Shown: piece after piece, positions 38,907 through 50,137 of the stretch | How positions within the stretch are numbered: the stretch's first letter is position 1 | How the letters are laid out: each line of letters starts with the position of its first letter | Assembly (NCBI GenBank): GCA_022426155.1 | Contig: JAKMEE010000032.1 | Span: 9,800 to 73,799, forward strand | DNA: 64,000 nt | Direction of reading: 5' to 3' | Source: Poseidonia sp. | GTDB lineage: Archaea; Thermoplasmatota; Poseidoniia; Poseidoniales; Poseidoniaceae | Notes under the pieces: generated by a model | What the model saw: only the letters and a program-made list of their open reading frames with translations | Databases searched by the model: none | Told to the model about the DNA's origin: nothing | Translations under genes and position numbers: made by a program

Positions 38907-41153
38907 TCAAACTTCTTCCTCTGATGGGAAGCCGCCTCGTGTTTTGACAGCGACACCTTTCTGGAATCCAGCCATCTCATCAGAGGTGCACTGGGATATA
39001 CCATGGCCGAGCAATTCACCTGCTTGATTGTAGATGAGACATGCTTCACCTGGTGCTAACCACCCATCGCATGCAGAGATGAATCCGTGAAACACATTTC
39101 GTCCTTTGCGAACGAAAGGTTCTGCATCACCCTCGACGATTACTGCAGCTGGACCAAATCCTGCAGTACCACGCCACTCACATCCTTCCATCCTGGTGGG
39201 AAGTGGGCTGCTTCTGGCCTTGGCTATCAGGCTTGCACCTGCATTAGTGAGTGATATTCCTCCGTCGTAAAGGCGTGGACTCAAGATGTGATCTCCTTGG
39301 GCATCCATGACATTTCTGACTCTCCCTTGTCGATTGATGAGGAAACTCATGCCATGTGTGCTTGAGGCAGCAACCGTGGCATCGACGTTGAGCATCACGA
39401 TCATTTTGTCTTGTGCCTGACGCATGTTGAGTTCATTATCGGCCTTTGAGGCCATGTCCTTCTCGAGGTCATTCATCACTTCAGATTCACCTTTGTGTTT
39501 CAAACTTGCAAGAGCGGTTTCCATGCGTAGCCTTACTCCATCTCCTTGGGCATTTACTGTTGCATAGGGGAGATCTCCTAATCCCAGACGCGCAAGTTCA
39601 CGCTCAAACCAAGGTCCTTCAGGACGATGATTGAGCACCCAAGAAGGGGCATCGAGGTGAGCGAAGGGATTGCTATCTTCAAGAGAGATGGGGACGAGCC
39701 CTATGGGCGTCAACATCAGTACTTGAACATCAGGGCAGTGGTGCTGAAGCCAGATAAATCGGTCGTTGAGGCGGCTCCGAAATGGTCCTTTGATCCCATG
39801 GAAGACCAACACACTTCTGGTTTGAGGCGGTGCCACCCACCGAGTATGAAGCAATCGCCTTGCTTGTTGGATGTGGGGGCGGACAAAGGTGTCATCTCCA
39901 CCCCACATGACGCCACCAGTGCGCGGCGTGTGTTGGCTCCATACCAACCAGTCCCAAGCATCCTCCCACATACCTCGGTCCTTGTCAGTGTCCATGGCTG
40001 CCTCTCGTTCGGTGAATAGTAGTTCATTGGAAATATCTGGGCCGAGTTTCGGAGGGGTGGAAAGCCACAGGAAGGCTTCTCGCAGGGCCGGGTGAAGATG
40101 GCTTCGTTGTTCCGCGAGTTGCCAAATTTTTCCTTCTCGGACGGCTTGCTTGCACCGAGCCAATTCGGATAATGTCACTTCGAGATTAAATTTAGCTAGG
40201 AGTTGTTCGCGAGCCAAGGTCTCCATTTTCCGAACATCTTCAGGGGAGACTGTTGCAACACAAGGCATCAGCATTGGCCAATCGACCAATTCATCGATGC
40301 GTTCTGTTCCCCAAGGAGTGAGCAATCGCCCGTCACGCGCAAAAATAGCATAGGCCGCAGAATCAAACAAGTCTGCACCCAATGCAATCGACATGGGAAA
40401 TAGCATGGGGTGGCCGCAACCAAACATGTGGACTGGGCGTTCAGGTGGAAGGTAAGGAATCGTGCTCAACATGATTTTTGCATATTCTTTGTAGCGCTGT
40501 TGTTCCATCACAGGGACAATGCCCCCGATTGGATGAACTGAAAATCCATGTGGACCCATCAATTGCGCTGATAGGGTTCTCAATTCTCGAAACACGCCTC
40601 CCTGTATTGGTCCATTGAGCATCGTATCAGCGGTTGCAACAACACTCTGAGCAGCTCGCTTCTCAGTTTCCCGTACCGCATGTTCAACTTCATCCATGGT
40701 CATATCAGGGCGCGAAAATACGTCCAGCATCGTTGCGATATCAACGCCAATTGAGCGTTGGAAGGAAACGATCTCATCTATTCCAACTTCAACATCGCCG
40801 TAAATGTAGGATTGGAATGTACCAGAATCCGTCATGATAACGCCCGGGAAATTCAGCAATTCATGGACGCCATTTGCTTGTGCCTGCTCTTTCAAATCCT
40901 CGTGTTTCCAAATGATATACGAGTTTGTGATCAAGGCCCCAATGCCATATCTATCCCACATTTCTCTGGGTTCGATGGTGCGAATATTAGGATTGACAAC
41001 AGGGAGGAGTGCAGGCGTTTCAAGAACACCATGGTCGGTGTGAAGTCGACCAAGGCGAGCACGCCCATCACGCTGAGTGATTTCAAATCGGGATCGGTCT
41101 TGTGGCCGACACGGCTTGGGGTCAGGTCTCGCCCCCTCCTTCCATGCGACCAT
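38907..41153 (-). CDS. tgtA: tRNA-guanine(15) transglycosylase (archaeosine)
   Basis: ETPALLPVVNP, ITNSYII, MTDSGTFQ, GPIQGG, HMFGCGHP, GADLFDSAAY, C-terminal PUA domain. Confidence 0.93.
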   Translation of the reverse strand: MVAWKEGARPDPKPCRPQDRSRFEITQRDGRARLGRLHTDHGVLETPALLPVVNPNIRTIEPREMWDRYGIGALITNSYIIWKHEDLKEQAQANGVHELLNFPGVIMTDSGTFQSYIYGDVEVGIDEIVSFQRSIGVDIATMLDVFSRPDMTMDEVEHAVRETEKRAAQSVVATADTMLNGPIQGGVFRELRTLSAQLMGPHGFSVHPIGGIVPVMEQQRYKEYAKIMLSTIPYLPPERPVHMFGCGHPMLFPMSIALGADLFDSAAYAIFARDGRLLTPWGTERIDELVDWPMLMPCVATVSPEDVRKMETLAREQLLAKFNLEVTLSELARCKQAVREGKIWQLAEQRSHLHPALREAFLWLSTPPKLGPDISNELLFTEREAAMDTDKDRGMWEDAWDWLVWSQHTPRTGGVMWGGDDTFVRPHIQQARRLLHTRWVAPPQTRSVLVFHGIKGPFRSRLNDRFIWLQHHCPDVQVLMLTPIGLVPISLEDSNPFAHLDAPSWVLNHRPEGPWFERELARLGLGDLPYATVNAQGDGVRLRMETALASLKHKGESEVMNDLEKDMASKADNELNMRQAQDKMIVMLNVDATVAASSTHGMSFLINRQGRVRNVMDAQGDHILSPRLYDGGISLTNAGASLIAKARSSPLPTRMEGCEWRGTAGFGPAAVIVEGDAEPFVRKGRNVFHGFISACDGWLAPGEACLIYNQAGELLGHGISQCTSDEMAGFQKGVAVKTRGGFPSEEEV

Positions 41154-41211
41154 GATTCACCCCCCTCAATCTGTGTTATCAAATTCTCGCCGTAGTACAG
41201 AGCGAAGAGAC

Positions 41212-41667
41212 TCATTGTGTGTCAACAAACTCAACTTGGCCATGAGCCAAAATAAATTCGCGTCCCAACTCGTCAAATGTGTCAAGCAAGGCACTCGAAA
41301 ACCGGATGCGGAATATTTCATCATCGTTTTCCAAATCCGATTTGACCCCGTCCAATGTCCCTGGTGCGGCGCCGCATGACAAACATGCACCTGTGAGGTC
41401 AAGAACCAAGTCCAGTCCCTCTTCAGTCCCTTCACAGGAACTCACTGCAATTCCCCCTCCGTGGCCATCAAGTGCCGCACGCACACTTCCAAGACGTGCG
41501 AGGAGTGCGGGCACGAAAAAGGTCGAATCCGTCCATTCCACCAACGAGAGGTTTCTCAACCGTTCTTCTTCTTGGGGGTCGGTTGCCTCAGCAATTCGCC
41601 GATTGGCTTCTGCGTTCATAGCAGCCTTTGCTTCGGCAGCGTAGCGGGCGACCAAATCGTCATCCAT
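41212..41667 (-). CDS. NifU/NfuA-like Fe-S carrier
   Basis: VRAALDGHGGGI...LTGACLSCGAAPGTL; divergent from suf operon. Confidence 0.85.
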   Translation of the reverse strand: MDDDLVARYAAEAKAAMNAEANRRIAEATDPQEEERLRNLSLVEWTDSTFFVPALLARLGSVRAALDGHGGGIAVSSCEGTEEGLDLVLDLTGACLSCGAAPGTLDGVKSDLENDDEIFRIRFSSALLDTFDELGREFILAHGQVEFVDTQ

Positions 41668-41833
41668 GTCTTGAGGTCAAGCCTCCAACCTATCAATCTT
41701 CGTTCATTCAAATACATTCAATCCGATGAGTATTTTGAATTTCATCACTCACCGATAGAGAAACCGCCTCGATTTTCACTTCACAAGGCGACTACATCAC
41801 TTCATAAAGGAGTGGCGTGAGGGAGAATTGAGG

Positions 41834-42595
41834 ATGGTCATGGCCCGCGAAATATTGCGTATTGAAAACCTCCACGTCAGTGTTGAGGGTACTCCGATCA
41901 TTCGAGGCCTATCCATGACCATCAATCAGGGTGAGATTCATGTCATCATGGGTCGAAATGGTGCAGGAAAGTCGACTCTGGCCAACGTCGTCATGGGCCA
42001 TCCTGCTTACGAAATCACAGAGGGTTCAATTCATTATTGCTCAGAACCATTAGAGGAACTGAGTGTCTTCGAGAGGGCTCGAGCAGGAATGTTCCTGTCG
42101 TTCCAATACCCCGCAGTGATTCCAGGTGTTCAAGTTGGTACATTCCTCAAGAAATCGGTGCAGTCTGTGAGTGACGAACCACTCAAAGGTCGAGCCTTCC
42201 GAAAGCAACTCAACGAAGCTATGGCCTCCTTAGAGATGGAAAAATCAGTCCTTTCTCGCTATGTCAATGACGGATTTAGTGGAGGAGAGAAAAAGCGTTT
42301 GGAAATGCTACAGATGCTCTTGCTCAAACCCACACTCGCCCTTCTTGACGAAACAGATTCGGGCCTAGATATTGATGCTCTGCGCATCGTTGCAAAGGGC
42401 ATTAACCAAGTGGCTCCCGATGCGGGGTGCCTGATAATCACGCATTATCAACGTCTTCTTGACCATGTCAAACCGCACTTCGTTCATGTTATGATCGATG
42501 GCAAAATAATCAAGACAGGGGGCGCTGATCTTGCGCTCGAACTGGAGGCCAAGGGCTATGATTGGCTCGAACCAACGGCGGGGGCTGAAGCATGA
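41834..42595 (+). CDS. sufC: Fe-S assembly ATPase SufC
   Basis: [47 protein letters not shown]. Confidence 0.96.
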   Translation: MVMAREILRIENLHVSVEGTPIIRGLSMTINQGEIHVIMGRNGAGKSTLANVVMGHPAYEITEGSIHYCSEPLEELSVFERARAGMFLSFQYPAVIPGVQVGTFLKKSVQSVSDEPLKGRAFRKQLNEAMASLEMEKSVLSRYVNDGFSGGEKKRLEMLQMLLLKPTLALLDETDSGLDIDALRIVAKGINQVAPDAGCLIITHYQRLLDHVKPHFVHVMIDGKIIKTGGADLALELEAKGYDWLEPTAGAEA

Positions 42596-43998
42596 GTGAC
42601 GAAGCTCGCGATGTAATCGGTGATTACCGGTTTGGATTCCATGACCCTGAAAATTCCACCATCCGGTTTGACAAAGGCCTCTCAGAGCAAGTGGTCCGCG
42701 ACATTTCAGAACTCAAAAACGAGCCAGAATGGATGACGGACATTCGAGTGAAAGCTTACCGTCACTTCGTGGAGCGTAAAATGCCTGATTGGGGCAACTG
42801 TCACGCCTTGAATGAAATCAATTTTGAAAACGTCACTTACTTCTTGCGTTCATCAGATGCAACCGAAAAAGATTGGGACGATGTGCCAGAAGATATCAAG
42901 AACACGTTTGACAGATTGGGTATTCCCGATGCCGAACAGAAATGGCTCGGTGGCGTCACCGCTCAATATGAATCGGAAGCCGTCTACCATTCCATTCGAG
43001 AAGACTTGGAAGCCCAAGGTGTATTGTTCTTCGACATGGACAGCGGCTTGCGTGAACATCCAGAGATTGTGAAGAAATATTTTGGAACGGTTGTTCCACA
43101 TTCCGACAATAAATTCTCTGCCCTCAACACCGCCGTTTGGTCGGGCGGTTCATTCATTTATGTCCCAAAGAATGTCCATGTTGAAATGCCTGTCCAGGCT
43201 TACTTCCGAATTAATGCTAAGAATATGGGTCAATTTGAACGCACTTTGATCATCGCCGACGAAGGTAGCAGCATCCATTACGTCGAAGGGTGCACAGCGC
43301 CCACATATTCCACAGATTCCCTTCATTCTGCTGTGGTTGAATTAATCGCTATGAAGGGGGCAAAAATCCGATACTCCACCATTCAAAATTGGTCTGCTAA
43401 CGTCTTCAACCTCGTGACAAAGCGTGGTGTTGCACACGAACGGGCCACCATTGAATGGGTCGACGGAAACATCGGTTCAAAATTGACGATGAAATACCCA
43501 GCCGTTCTGCTCAAGGGAGAGGGCGCTCACGCCGAAGTCATCTCAGTGGCATACGCTGGCGCAGGACAACATCAAGACGCTGGAGCGAAGGTTCACCACC
43601 TCGCACCGAATACGACATCGAACATCCTCTCAAAATCCATCTCAAAGAACGGTGGACGTTCTTCATACAGAGGCATGCTTCAGGTCACGCCAAAAGCCGA
43701 CGGATGCCGCTCTAAGATTGTCTGTGATGCGTTGATGCTTGACAGCGATTCTCGTTCGGACACCTACCCTACCATGGAAGTTGGAAATTCCTCGGCTGAC
43801 CTTGAACACGAAGCCAGTGTTTCGAAGGTTTCGGGTGACCAATTGTTCTACCTGATGAGTCGCGGCTTCACAGAAGAGCAAGCCATGGGCTTGATTGTCA
43901 ATGGATTCTTTGAACCGTTTACACGTGAGCTCCCGATGGAATACGCCGTTGAACTCAACAAACTACTCGAGCTGGAGATGGAGGGTTCGATTGGATGA
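42592..43998 (+). CDS. sufB: Fe-S assembly protein SufB
   Basis: [44 protein letters not shown]. Confidence 0.97.
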   Translation: MSDEARDVIGDYRFGFHDPENSTIRFDKGLSEQVVRDISELKNEPEWMTDIRVKAYRHFVERKMPDWGNCHALNEINFENVTYFLRSSDATEKDWDDVPEDIKNTFDRLGIPDAEQKWLGGVTAQYESEAVYHSIREDLEAQGVLFFDMDSGLREHPEIVKKYFGTVVPHSDNKFSALNTAVWSGGSFIYVPKNVHVEMPVQAYFRINAKNMGQFERTLIIADEGSSIHYVEGCTAPTYSTDSLHSAVVELIAMKGAKIRYSTIQNWSANVFNLVTKRGVAHERATIEWVDGNIGSKLTMKYPAVLLKGEGAHAEVISVAYAGAGQHQDAGAKVHHLAPNTTSNILSKSISKNGGRSSYRGMLQVTPKADGCRSKIVCDALMLDSDSRSDTYPTMEVGNSSADLEHEASVSKVSGDQLFYLMSRGFTEEQAMGLIVNGFFEPFTRELPMEYAVELNKLLELEMEGSIG

Positions 43999-45035
43999 AG
44001 TATGCCAAGATGGCCGTTCCTTCCCGTGCAGACCATTTGTGGCGATACACTCCATGGCCTCGTATTCACCCATCCAGTGTTGAACTGGTCCCCGAAGCAA
44101 CACCCACTCGCTGGTCCGTTTCAGAAGGTGGTTCACTCGAAGACGGTGCACCTCGGTTAATTTCAGAAGAAGAAATCGCTCGAATCTTTCTGAGTGAACT
44201 TGGTCGGGATGCGGTTACATTGACCGTTGATGGGACCCAGCCAGTCGTCCACATTCAAGCAGTAGCCTCAGGGCATGTTTCTGTTGGTCACCTCCATATC
44301 GAGGCCCAACACGATGTTACCGTTTTGATTCATCTTTCAGGTGAAGCAGACTGGTGCGGGCTCCACATGACAGGAGCCATTCGATCTAACACCCGTGTCT
44401 CCGTTGGTTTCGTCAATGAATTATCGAAAAATGGAAAATTATTGCGTTGCGATGATTGGACGGTTGAACGAGATGCCACCTTTGAGCATGCTTCTCTAAG
44501 TGTGGGTGGCTTCCGTTGTAAGAACGATTTACGTACTCGCTTCAATGGGCCTGGGGCGACCTTCAAACAAGCGATTTCAGTGCATGGGAAAGAGCAACGT
44601 CATATCGATCATCATGTGGAAATACACCACGATGTTGGTCATACAAACTCTTCACTCACTATCCATGCAGCGTGCGATGATGCCAGTCACTCGGTCTCCA
44701 CAGGTTTGTTGACCATCGCACAAACATCCAATCATTGCGATGCAGGTCAAGTATTCAAGAATCTCCTCCTTTCCGAAAAAGCTCGGGCTGAAGCCATACC
44801 TGAACTGGAAGTCCTCGCTGATGAAGTCGCTGCTGCCCATGGCGCAGCAAGTTCGCCTGTTGACCTTGATCAGTTACACTATCTGATGAGCCGTGGACTT
44901 GCTCCCGATGAAGCCACTTCATTGATCGTTGAAGGATTCATGCACGATGGGTTCTCTTCACTTTCTTCTCCTGCTCTCATTCACGAGATGCGAACACGAC
45001 TGACCGTCCATTTGGAGTGCGAGCTCAAGAGGTGA
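43995..45035 (+). CDS. sufD: Fe-S assembly protein SufD
   Basis: [44 protein letters not shown]. Confidence 0.92.
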   Translation: MKYAKMAVPSRADHLWRYTPWPRIHPSSVELVPEATPTRWSVSEGGSLEDGAPRLISEEEIARIFLSELGRDAVTLTVDGTQPVVHIQAVASGHVSVGHLHIEAQHDVTVLIHLSGEADWCGLHMTGAIRSNTRVSVGFVNELSKNGKLLRCDDWTVERDATFEHASLSVGGFRCKNDLRTRFNGPGATFKQAISVHGKEQRHIDHHVEIHHDVGHTNSSLTIHAACDDASHSVSTGLLTIAQTSNHCDAGQVFKNLLLSEKARAEAIPELEVLADEVAAAHGAASSPVDLDQLHYLMSRGLAPDEATSLIVEGFMHDGFSSLSSPALIHEMRTRLTVHLECELKR

Positions 45036-45039
45036 ATCC

Positions 45040-46233
45040 ATGTCCTTAAGAGATGAATTCCCCATCTTGCAACGTCAGGTCAATGGCCACCCGTTGGTCT
45101 ATCTTGACAACGCTGCTACAACCCAGAAACCACAAATCGTCATTGATGCGATGAACGATTACTATTCCCAGTCCAACGCCAATGTTCACCGTGCTGTCCA
45201 CACCCTTGCAGGTGAAGCAACCGAGGGTTACGAATCATGCCGAATAAAGCTGAAGCAACGGTTCAATGCCCAGCGAGCAATCATCACCAGCGGTACGACC
45301 GAAGCCATCAATCTCGTTGCCCATGCATGGGGCCGAGCCAACTTGTCAAAGGGCGATTCCATTGTTCTGACCGAGATGGAACATCACTCTGATATCGTTC
45401 CTTGGCAGATGCTTGCAGAGGAGCGAGGTGTCGAAATTCGCTATGTGCCAGTGACACAACATTTCACCCTCGACATGGAAGCATTCACCCACGCTCTTGA
45501 CGGTGCCGCCCTCGTATGCGTGGTTCACACGTCCAACGTTTTGGGTGTTCGTAATCCTCTCGAATCCATTATTGAACAGTCGCATGCCGCTGGCGCCAAG
45601 GTTCTCATTGATGCAGCTCAAGGTGTGCCCCACGCACAGATTGACTTCACCGCATTTGGCGCTGATTTCATGGCCTTCTCCGCCCACAAAATGTGCGGTC
45701 CAACGGGCATTGGTGCCTTGTTGGTCCAACCAGATGTTTTCGAGCAAATGGAACCCTTCATGGGCGGCGGGGACATGATTGAAACCGTCACGATTGAAGG
45801 CTCAACCTACCAGACCAACGAACACAAATTTGAGGCAGGTACGCCAAGGATTGCCGAGGCTATCGGTTGGACGGCTGCCTTAGATTGGATGGAAACCTTC
45901 GATATATCTGCAGAACATGATCGTCTGATTAAAATTGCATCATGGGTGGCAAAGTCGTTGCGTGATCTCGGCATGAACGTCTACGGTCGTCATGAAGATG
46001 GGGACGCTGCCGTAGTTTCATTCCTTCACCCAACCATCAACAGCGAGGACATGGCGCATCTTCTCGACGCCCGTGGTTTTGCGGTCCGAACTGGCCACCA
46101 CTGCGCTCAACCCCTCTTGCACCGCTTGGGAATTTCAGGAACGGTGCGAGCCTCGTTTTACATTTACAACACCCGTGAAGAAGCGGAAGCCTTTGTTTCA
46201 GAAATCAAAGAAATAGTGGAGAGGTTTGCATGA
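45040..46233 (+). CDS. sufS: Cysteine desulfurase SufS
   Basis: YLDNAATTQKP, ANVHRA, SAHKMCGPTG, VRTGHHCAQP. Confidence 0.96.
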   Translation: MSLRDEFPILQRQVNGHPLVYLDNAATTQKPQIVIDAMNDYYSQSNANVHRAVHTLAGEATEGYESCRIKLKQRFNAQRAIITSGTTEAINLVAHAWGRANLSKGDSIVLTEMEHHSDIVPWQMLAEERGVEIRYVPVTQHFTLDMEAFTHALDGAALVCVVHTSNVLGVRNPLESIIEQSHAAGAKVLIDAAQGVPHAQIDFTAFGADFMAFSAHKMCGPTGIGALLVQPDVFEQMEPFMGGGDMIETVTIEGSTYQTNEHKFEAGTPRIAEAIGWTAALDWMETFDISAEHDRLIKIASWVAKSLRDLGMNVYGRHEDGDAAVVSFLHPTINSEDMAHLLDARGFAVRTGHHCAQPLLHRLGISGTVRASFYIYNTREEAEAFVSEIKEIVERFA

Positions 46234-46646
46234 CCTATCCTGTGGCTTTGGCAGAACTCATCGAAGAATTTCAAGCCGTTGACGATAAGCGTGAACGCCT
46301 GGAAATGCTCTTTGAACTCGCAGATGAGGTGGTGGAATTGCCCAGCGAAGAATGGAACGATGACACCCGTGTGCGGGGGTGTCAATCAGAGGCGCATGTT
46401 CGTATTCAGGTGGCTGAAGGACGCATAGAATTCCTGTCTGCTGCCGATGCTCGACTGGTTCAAGGTTTGATGGGGATCTTGACGCTGGCCATCGATGGTA
46501 TGGCTCCTGCCCAAGCCTTGCTCATTCCACCACAATTCGCCGAAGAAATGGGCTTGTTGAACACACTCACGCCAAGCCGCTCAAACGGCTTTCGTAACAT
46601 GTTTGACAAAGTGATGAACGAAATACGTCAAAGTACAGAGGGATGA
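46230..46646 (+). CDS. sufE: Sulfur acceptor SufE
   Basis: RVRGCQS, DARLVQGL, LTPSRSNG. Confidence 0.92.
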   Translation: MTYPVALAELIEEFQAVDDKRERLEMLFELADEVVELPSEEWNDDTRVRGCQSEAHVRIQVAEGRIEFLSAADARLVQGLMGILTLAIDGMAPAQALLIPPQFAEEMGLLNTLTPSRSNGFRNMFDKVMNEIRQSTEG

Positions 46647-46966
46647 TTATGCCAACAAAAGAAGCAGTAATGGAACAATTGGATGAAGTTGAAGACCCAG
46701 AATTGGAACTTTCCATTGTTGAATTGGGCTTGGTCTATGATGTTCGTTTCGAAGAGAAGGATGAGGGCGTTCATGCAGAAGTGGACCTCACTCTCACCTC
46801 ACCTGGTTGTCCGGCTGCTCCAGAAATTATGGCAGCAGCTCATCGAGCAGCGCTTTCCACAGACGGTCTTGCTTCGGTGCACATCAACTTGGTTTGGACG
46901 CCTCGATGGGATCCCAAAATCCACGCGAGTGAAGACGCTCGGATGGACATGGGTATTTGGGATTGA
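46643..46966 (+). CDS. sufT: SufT/DUF59 Fe-S maturation factor
   Basis: VEDPELELSIVELGLVY...TLTSPGCP...VWTPRW. Confidence 0.88.
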   Translation: MIMPTKEAVMEQLDEVEDPELELSIVELGLVYDVRFEEKDEGVHAEVDLTLTSPGCPAAPEIMAAAHRAALSTDGLASVHINLVWTPRWDPKIHASEDARMDMGIWD

Positions 46967-47016
46967 AGTGCTCGCACAAATCGTGATGCGTGAAGTCGGA
47001 CTGACTGGCAGATGTC

Positions 47017-48132
47017 TTACCGTTTCACCACGATGGTCAGTATATCGCCGTCCTTGAGTTGATGGTCAAGACCGACGCGCTGATCGTTGAATTTTGCACT
47101 TGGGCCTCGGATTCGAGCAAAGCGGAATTTCCTGACGAAATCTCTGTGCAATTTGATACAGATGTTCTGAACCGTTGAATCATCCTTGACAATGAGAGGC
47201 TCTTCCATATCCGCATCTTGCCCCTGTGGCTTGAGATAGACTCGCATGAACCCAAGATTGTCGTAAATGAAATCTTTCAATTCTTCAAGGCCGATGTCCT
47301 TGAACGCAGAGATGTTCATGATGGGCCAAGTCTGAGGTAAAGCGGACCTCGATCGTTCAATGTCTTGTGGTGTTGCAATGTCAATTTTGTTGATGGCAAT
47401 TACCGCCTTTTCGTAAACACGGTTTCCAGCCAAACAGTCGACAATTTGTTCTGCAGTAGAATTTTCACGCAATGTCACCAGGGCAGAAGTGTATCCAAAG
47501 GAACGAATGATTTCACTCATTTCTTCCGCAGTAAGGTGCGTTTGTTCAACCGTGGTTCGAACTTCAATACCACCCCGATCGGTCCGCTTGATGAAGACGG
47601 GGGGTTTTTGTTCATTCAAACGAAGTCCAGCATTGTGCAATTCACGGTGGAGAACGTCAAAGTGACCGTCTTGGAAAGGGTCAACGATGTAGAGCACCAT
47701 GTCGGCGCTGCGTATCACATTGAGAATTTCCTTTCCTCGTCCCTTCCCTTCGGCTGCACCCTTGATAAGACCCGGTAAATCCAGAATCTGAATCCTCGCT
47801 CCACGATGTTCCATCACGCCAGGAATGCAGGTAAGTGTTGTGAAGGCATAGCCTCCGGTTTCGGAATGAGCGTCTGTCACTTTGGAAATAAGGGTTGATT
47901 TTCCAACAGAGGGAAATCCGACCAGAGCCACGGTGGCATCTCCTGTTTTTCGAACTTCAAACCCTTTGCCACCGCCGCTGGCACTTGCGTGTTGTGCGGT
48001 TTTCTCTTCCTTGAGTTTGAGTTGGGCAATCTTGGCTTTTAACTTCCCAATGTGGGCGTTTGTAGCCTTGTTTTTCTGGGTCTTGTCGATCTCAGCGCGA
48101 ATCAATTCGATTTGCTCTTTGATTGTAGCCAA
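47017..48132 (-). CDS. DRG-family (OBG) GTPase with TGS domain
   Basis: TQKNKATNAHIGKLKAK, GFPSVGKST, FTTL, DLPG, NKID, QRVGLDH; probable TTG start at 48132 after GGAGG. Confidence 0.93.
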   Translation of the reverse strand: MATIKEQIELIRAEIDKTQKNKATNAHIGKLKAKIAQLKLKEEKTAQHASASGGGKGFEVRKTGDATVALVGFPSVGKSTLISKVTDAHSETGGYAFTTLTCIPGVMEHRGARIQILDLPGLIKGAAEGKGRGKEILNVIRSADMVLYIVDPFQDGHFDVLHRELHNAGLRLNEQKPPVFIKRTDRGGIEVRTTVEQTHLTAEEMSEIIRSFGYTSALVTLRENSTAEQIVDCLAGNRVYEKAVIAINKIDIATPQDIERSRSALPQTWPIMNISAFKDIGLEELKDFIYDNLGFMRVYLKPQGQDADMEEPLIVKDDSTVQNICIKLHRDFVRKFRFARIRGPSAKFNDQRVGLDHQLKDGDILTIVVKR

Positions 48133-48252
48133 GACGATGCCTCCTGTATCGGGGTTTGGTGTGTCGTTCTTGAAGGCTCTTACGGTGAAAGAAGAATTTC
48201 CCCCATCCATTTGGTAAAGCCGCCTTAACGAGTATCCGAATCCCTCAAGCAC

Positions 48253-48957
48253 ATGGGCGGTTTGGAGTGCGACATGGGCTTGGAGATGGTGGCGCTCTTG
48301 CTCGACACGAATGTCTTCTCTCATATCATCAAGACTCCATGGGACGAACTGAAATCTTCAATGGAATCTGGGGTCCTTCGTGAGATTCGACCCGAGCAAG
48401 ATTCTCAGTTGAAGACCTCATTTGCCATTGATGCAGAAGCGGAATTACTCGATTGGATGGACACTCATGGTTCTCTAGGGGGAACGCCCATGTCCGAAGC
48501 TCTTACTACGGTGTCCGATGGAGAAGAGGGGTTGCTTCTGATGATGAAGTGGGCCAGTCCAGGTGCATGGGAAGTCTGGGAAGGTCGTGCTTTCCTCTAT
48601 CTTGAGGTGGCGATGCGAACGGCGGTCGACAGCATTCACGACCTCTATACGGCCCCGACGTGGGTGGCTGTGAGCCAAGCATTGACCGGAATTGCCGCAA
48701 ATGAATTTTCTGAACGGGTCGTTCTTGATTGGATGGAGCGACGCAAAGCATTAGGTGAGACGCTTGATGAATTGGAAGATCCTAAAATCGTTCCAACCTT
48801 TGAGGCTCATGACCGTGCGAGTAAGACCTTGGTTCATGCAGTGAACCGGGTTGCATTAGATGATTCGTTGGTATTCATCATTGGCCGAGAACATCTTGAA
48901 GCAACAAAATGGGGTCACGGGGACTGGAATCTTTCCAACTATCTTCAGTCATCTTGA
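48253..48957 (+). CDS. Hypothetical protein
   Basis: 234-aa ORF upstream of grpE; true start may be 48274 or 48286. Confidence 0.65.
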   Translation: MGGLECDMGLEMVALLLDTNVFSHIIKTPWDELKSSMESGVLREIRPEQDSQLKTSFAIDAEAELLDWMDTHGSLGGTPMSEALTTVSDGEEGLLLMMKWASPGAWEVWEGRAFLYLEVAMRTAVDSIHDLYTAPTWVAVSQALTGIAANEFSERVVLDWMERRKALGETLDELEDPKIVPTFEAHDRASKTLVHAVNRVALDDSLVFIIGREHLEATKWGHGDWNLSNYLQSS

Positions 48958-48995
48958 GCGTTGGGTTCAAAATCAGCGGGCGGAACCCACCGTTC

Positions 48996-49574
48996 ATGTC
49001 GGAAGATGAACACGAGCAACCTCCCGTGGATGAAGCCGAACTTATTGCTGATGAAGCGGTGCCTGAGGATGAACCCTCAACCATGACGGCAGAGGATACT
49101 TCAGAACCTGTTGAAGAGGAACGAGATCCACTTGAGGTGGCACTCGAACGAGCTGAAGTAGCCGAGAAAGAAATTGCCTACAAGGATGCTGAAATTCAAA
49201 ATGTTCGCAAACGCATGATGGCCGAAAAATCTGAACTGATTCAGTACGGTGGCATGGGTCTTGCACGGAGAATGATCACCATTCTTGGTGATGTGGACCG
49301 TGCCCTCCAATCCATCGAAGAAGGTGATGAAAGCCCCGTAGCCCAAGGTCTTCGTTTGTTGAGAAACAAATTGTGGCATGAATTATCGGCAGACGGTGTT
49401 GTTGCAATCGAGACCAAGGGGCAACGTTTTGATCCACAAAAAATGGACGCTGTAACCACGATCCCTCCATCTGATACATACTCAGCAGGTCATGTTGTTG
49501 ACGTACTTGAAGAAGGCTACATGTACAAGACAAAGGTGCTGATGGTGGCCCGAGTTGTTGTGGCCTCTGAATGA
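48996..49574 (+). CDS. grpE: Nucleotide exchange factor GrpE
   Basis: AEIQNVRKR, DVDRAL, GQRFDP...AV, VLEEGY...ARVVV. Confidence 0.92.
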   Translation: MSEDEHEQPPVDEAELIADEAVPEDEPSTMTAEDTSEPVEEERDPLEVALERAEVAEKEIAYKDAEIQNVRKRMMAEKSELIQYGGMGLARRMITILGDVDRALQSIEEGDESPVAQGLRLLRNKLWHELSADGVVAIETKGQRFDPQKMDAVTTIPPSDTYSAGHVVDVLEEGYMYKTKVLMVARVVVASE

Positions 49575-49576
49575 AC

Positions 49577-50128
49577 TTAGCCTGCATGAACGCCAGTCTC
49601 AAACGTAGAACATCGAAACATGGCATCGTTGGTGATGAGCCACTCAATCACTGCCTTTGGGACCGTTTCCTTGAGCACTTCACGGGTTGCGTCATCGTCC
49701 ATGACCGTTGATAGCATTCGAATGGTTTGACGCACCCGCCATCCTTCGAGTTGGTCGCGATTATCCAATTGAACTCGATGCACAGTCCAGTTCGCTGCTT
49801 CGTAGAGTTCTGCAGTAGGGTCGTCAGAGGTGACCAATTCACCTTCGCCGTGGTGTTGTTGAGCATGCTCAACCCAGCGCGGTGGGTCGTTGATATCTTC
49901 AACACCAGCAATTGTCGCCTCAACATTATTTGCTTTACACCAATCGCCGATCATTTCGGTTCGTTCCGCAACGTCCCAGGGATTACGTGCCTCCCATCCC
50001 GCTTGGGATGAGCCAATGGCAATCACCAACTCATCTTCTGAAGAGCAACGTTTTGCAGCAGCATGGACCAGAGCGGCATGGCCGAAATGAAACGGTTGGA
50101 ACCGCCCCAAAACGATGTATCGAACCAT
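49577..50128 (-). CDS. nadM: Nicotinamide-nucleotide adenylyltransferase (archaeal NadM type)
   Basis: GRFQPFHFGH, IAIGSSQ, NPW...ER, WVEH, VPKAV. Confidence 0.85.
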   Translation of the reverse strand: MVRYIVLGRFQPFHFGHAALVHAAAKRCSSEDELVIAIGSSQAGWEARNPWDVAERTEMIGDWCKANNVEATIAGVEDINDPPRWVEHAQQHHGEGELVTSDDPTAELYEAANWTVHRVQLDNRDQLEGWRVRQTIRMLSTVMDDDATREVLKETVPKAVIEWLITNDAMFRCSTFETGVHAG

Positions 50129-50137
50129 GATTTTTCC

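Noticed and set aside
48996-49574. grpE, pheS and tatC without their usual operon partners
   Set aside because: Partners can lie elsewhere in the genome; absence from one window is not evidence of loss
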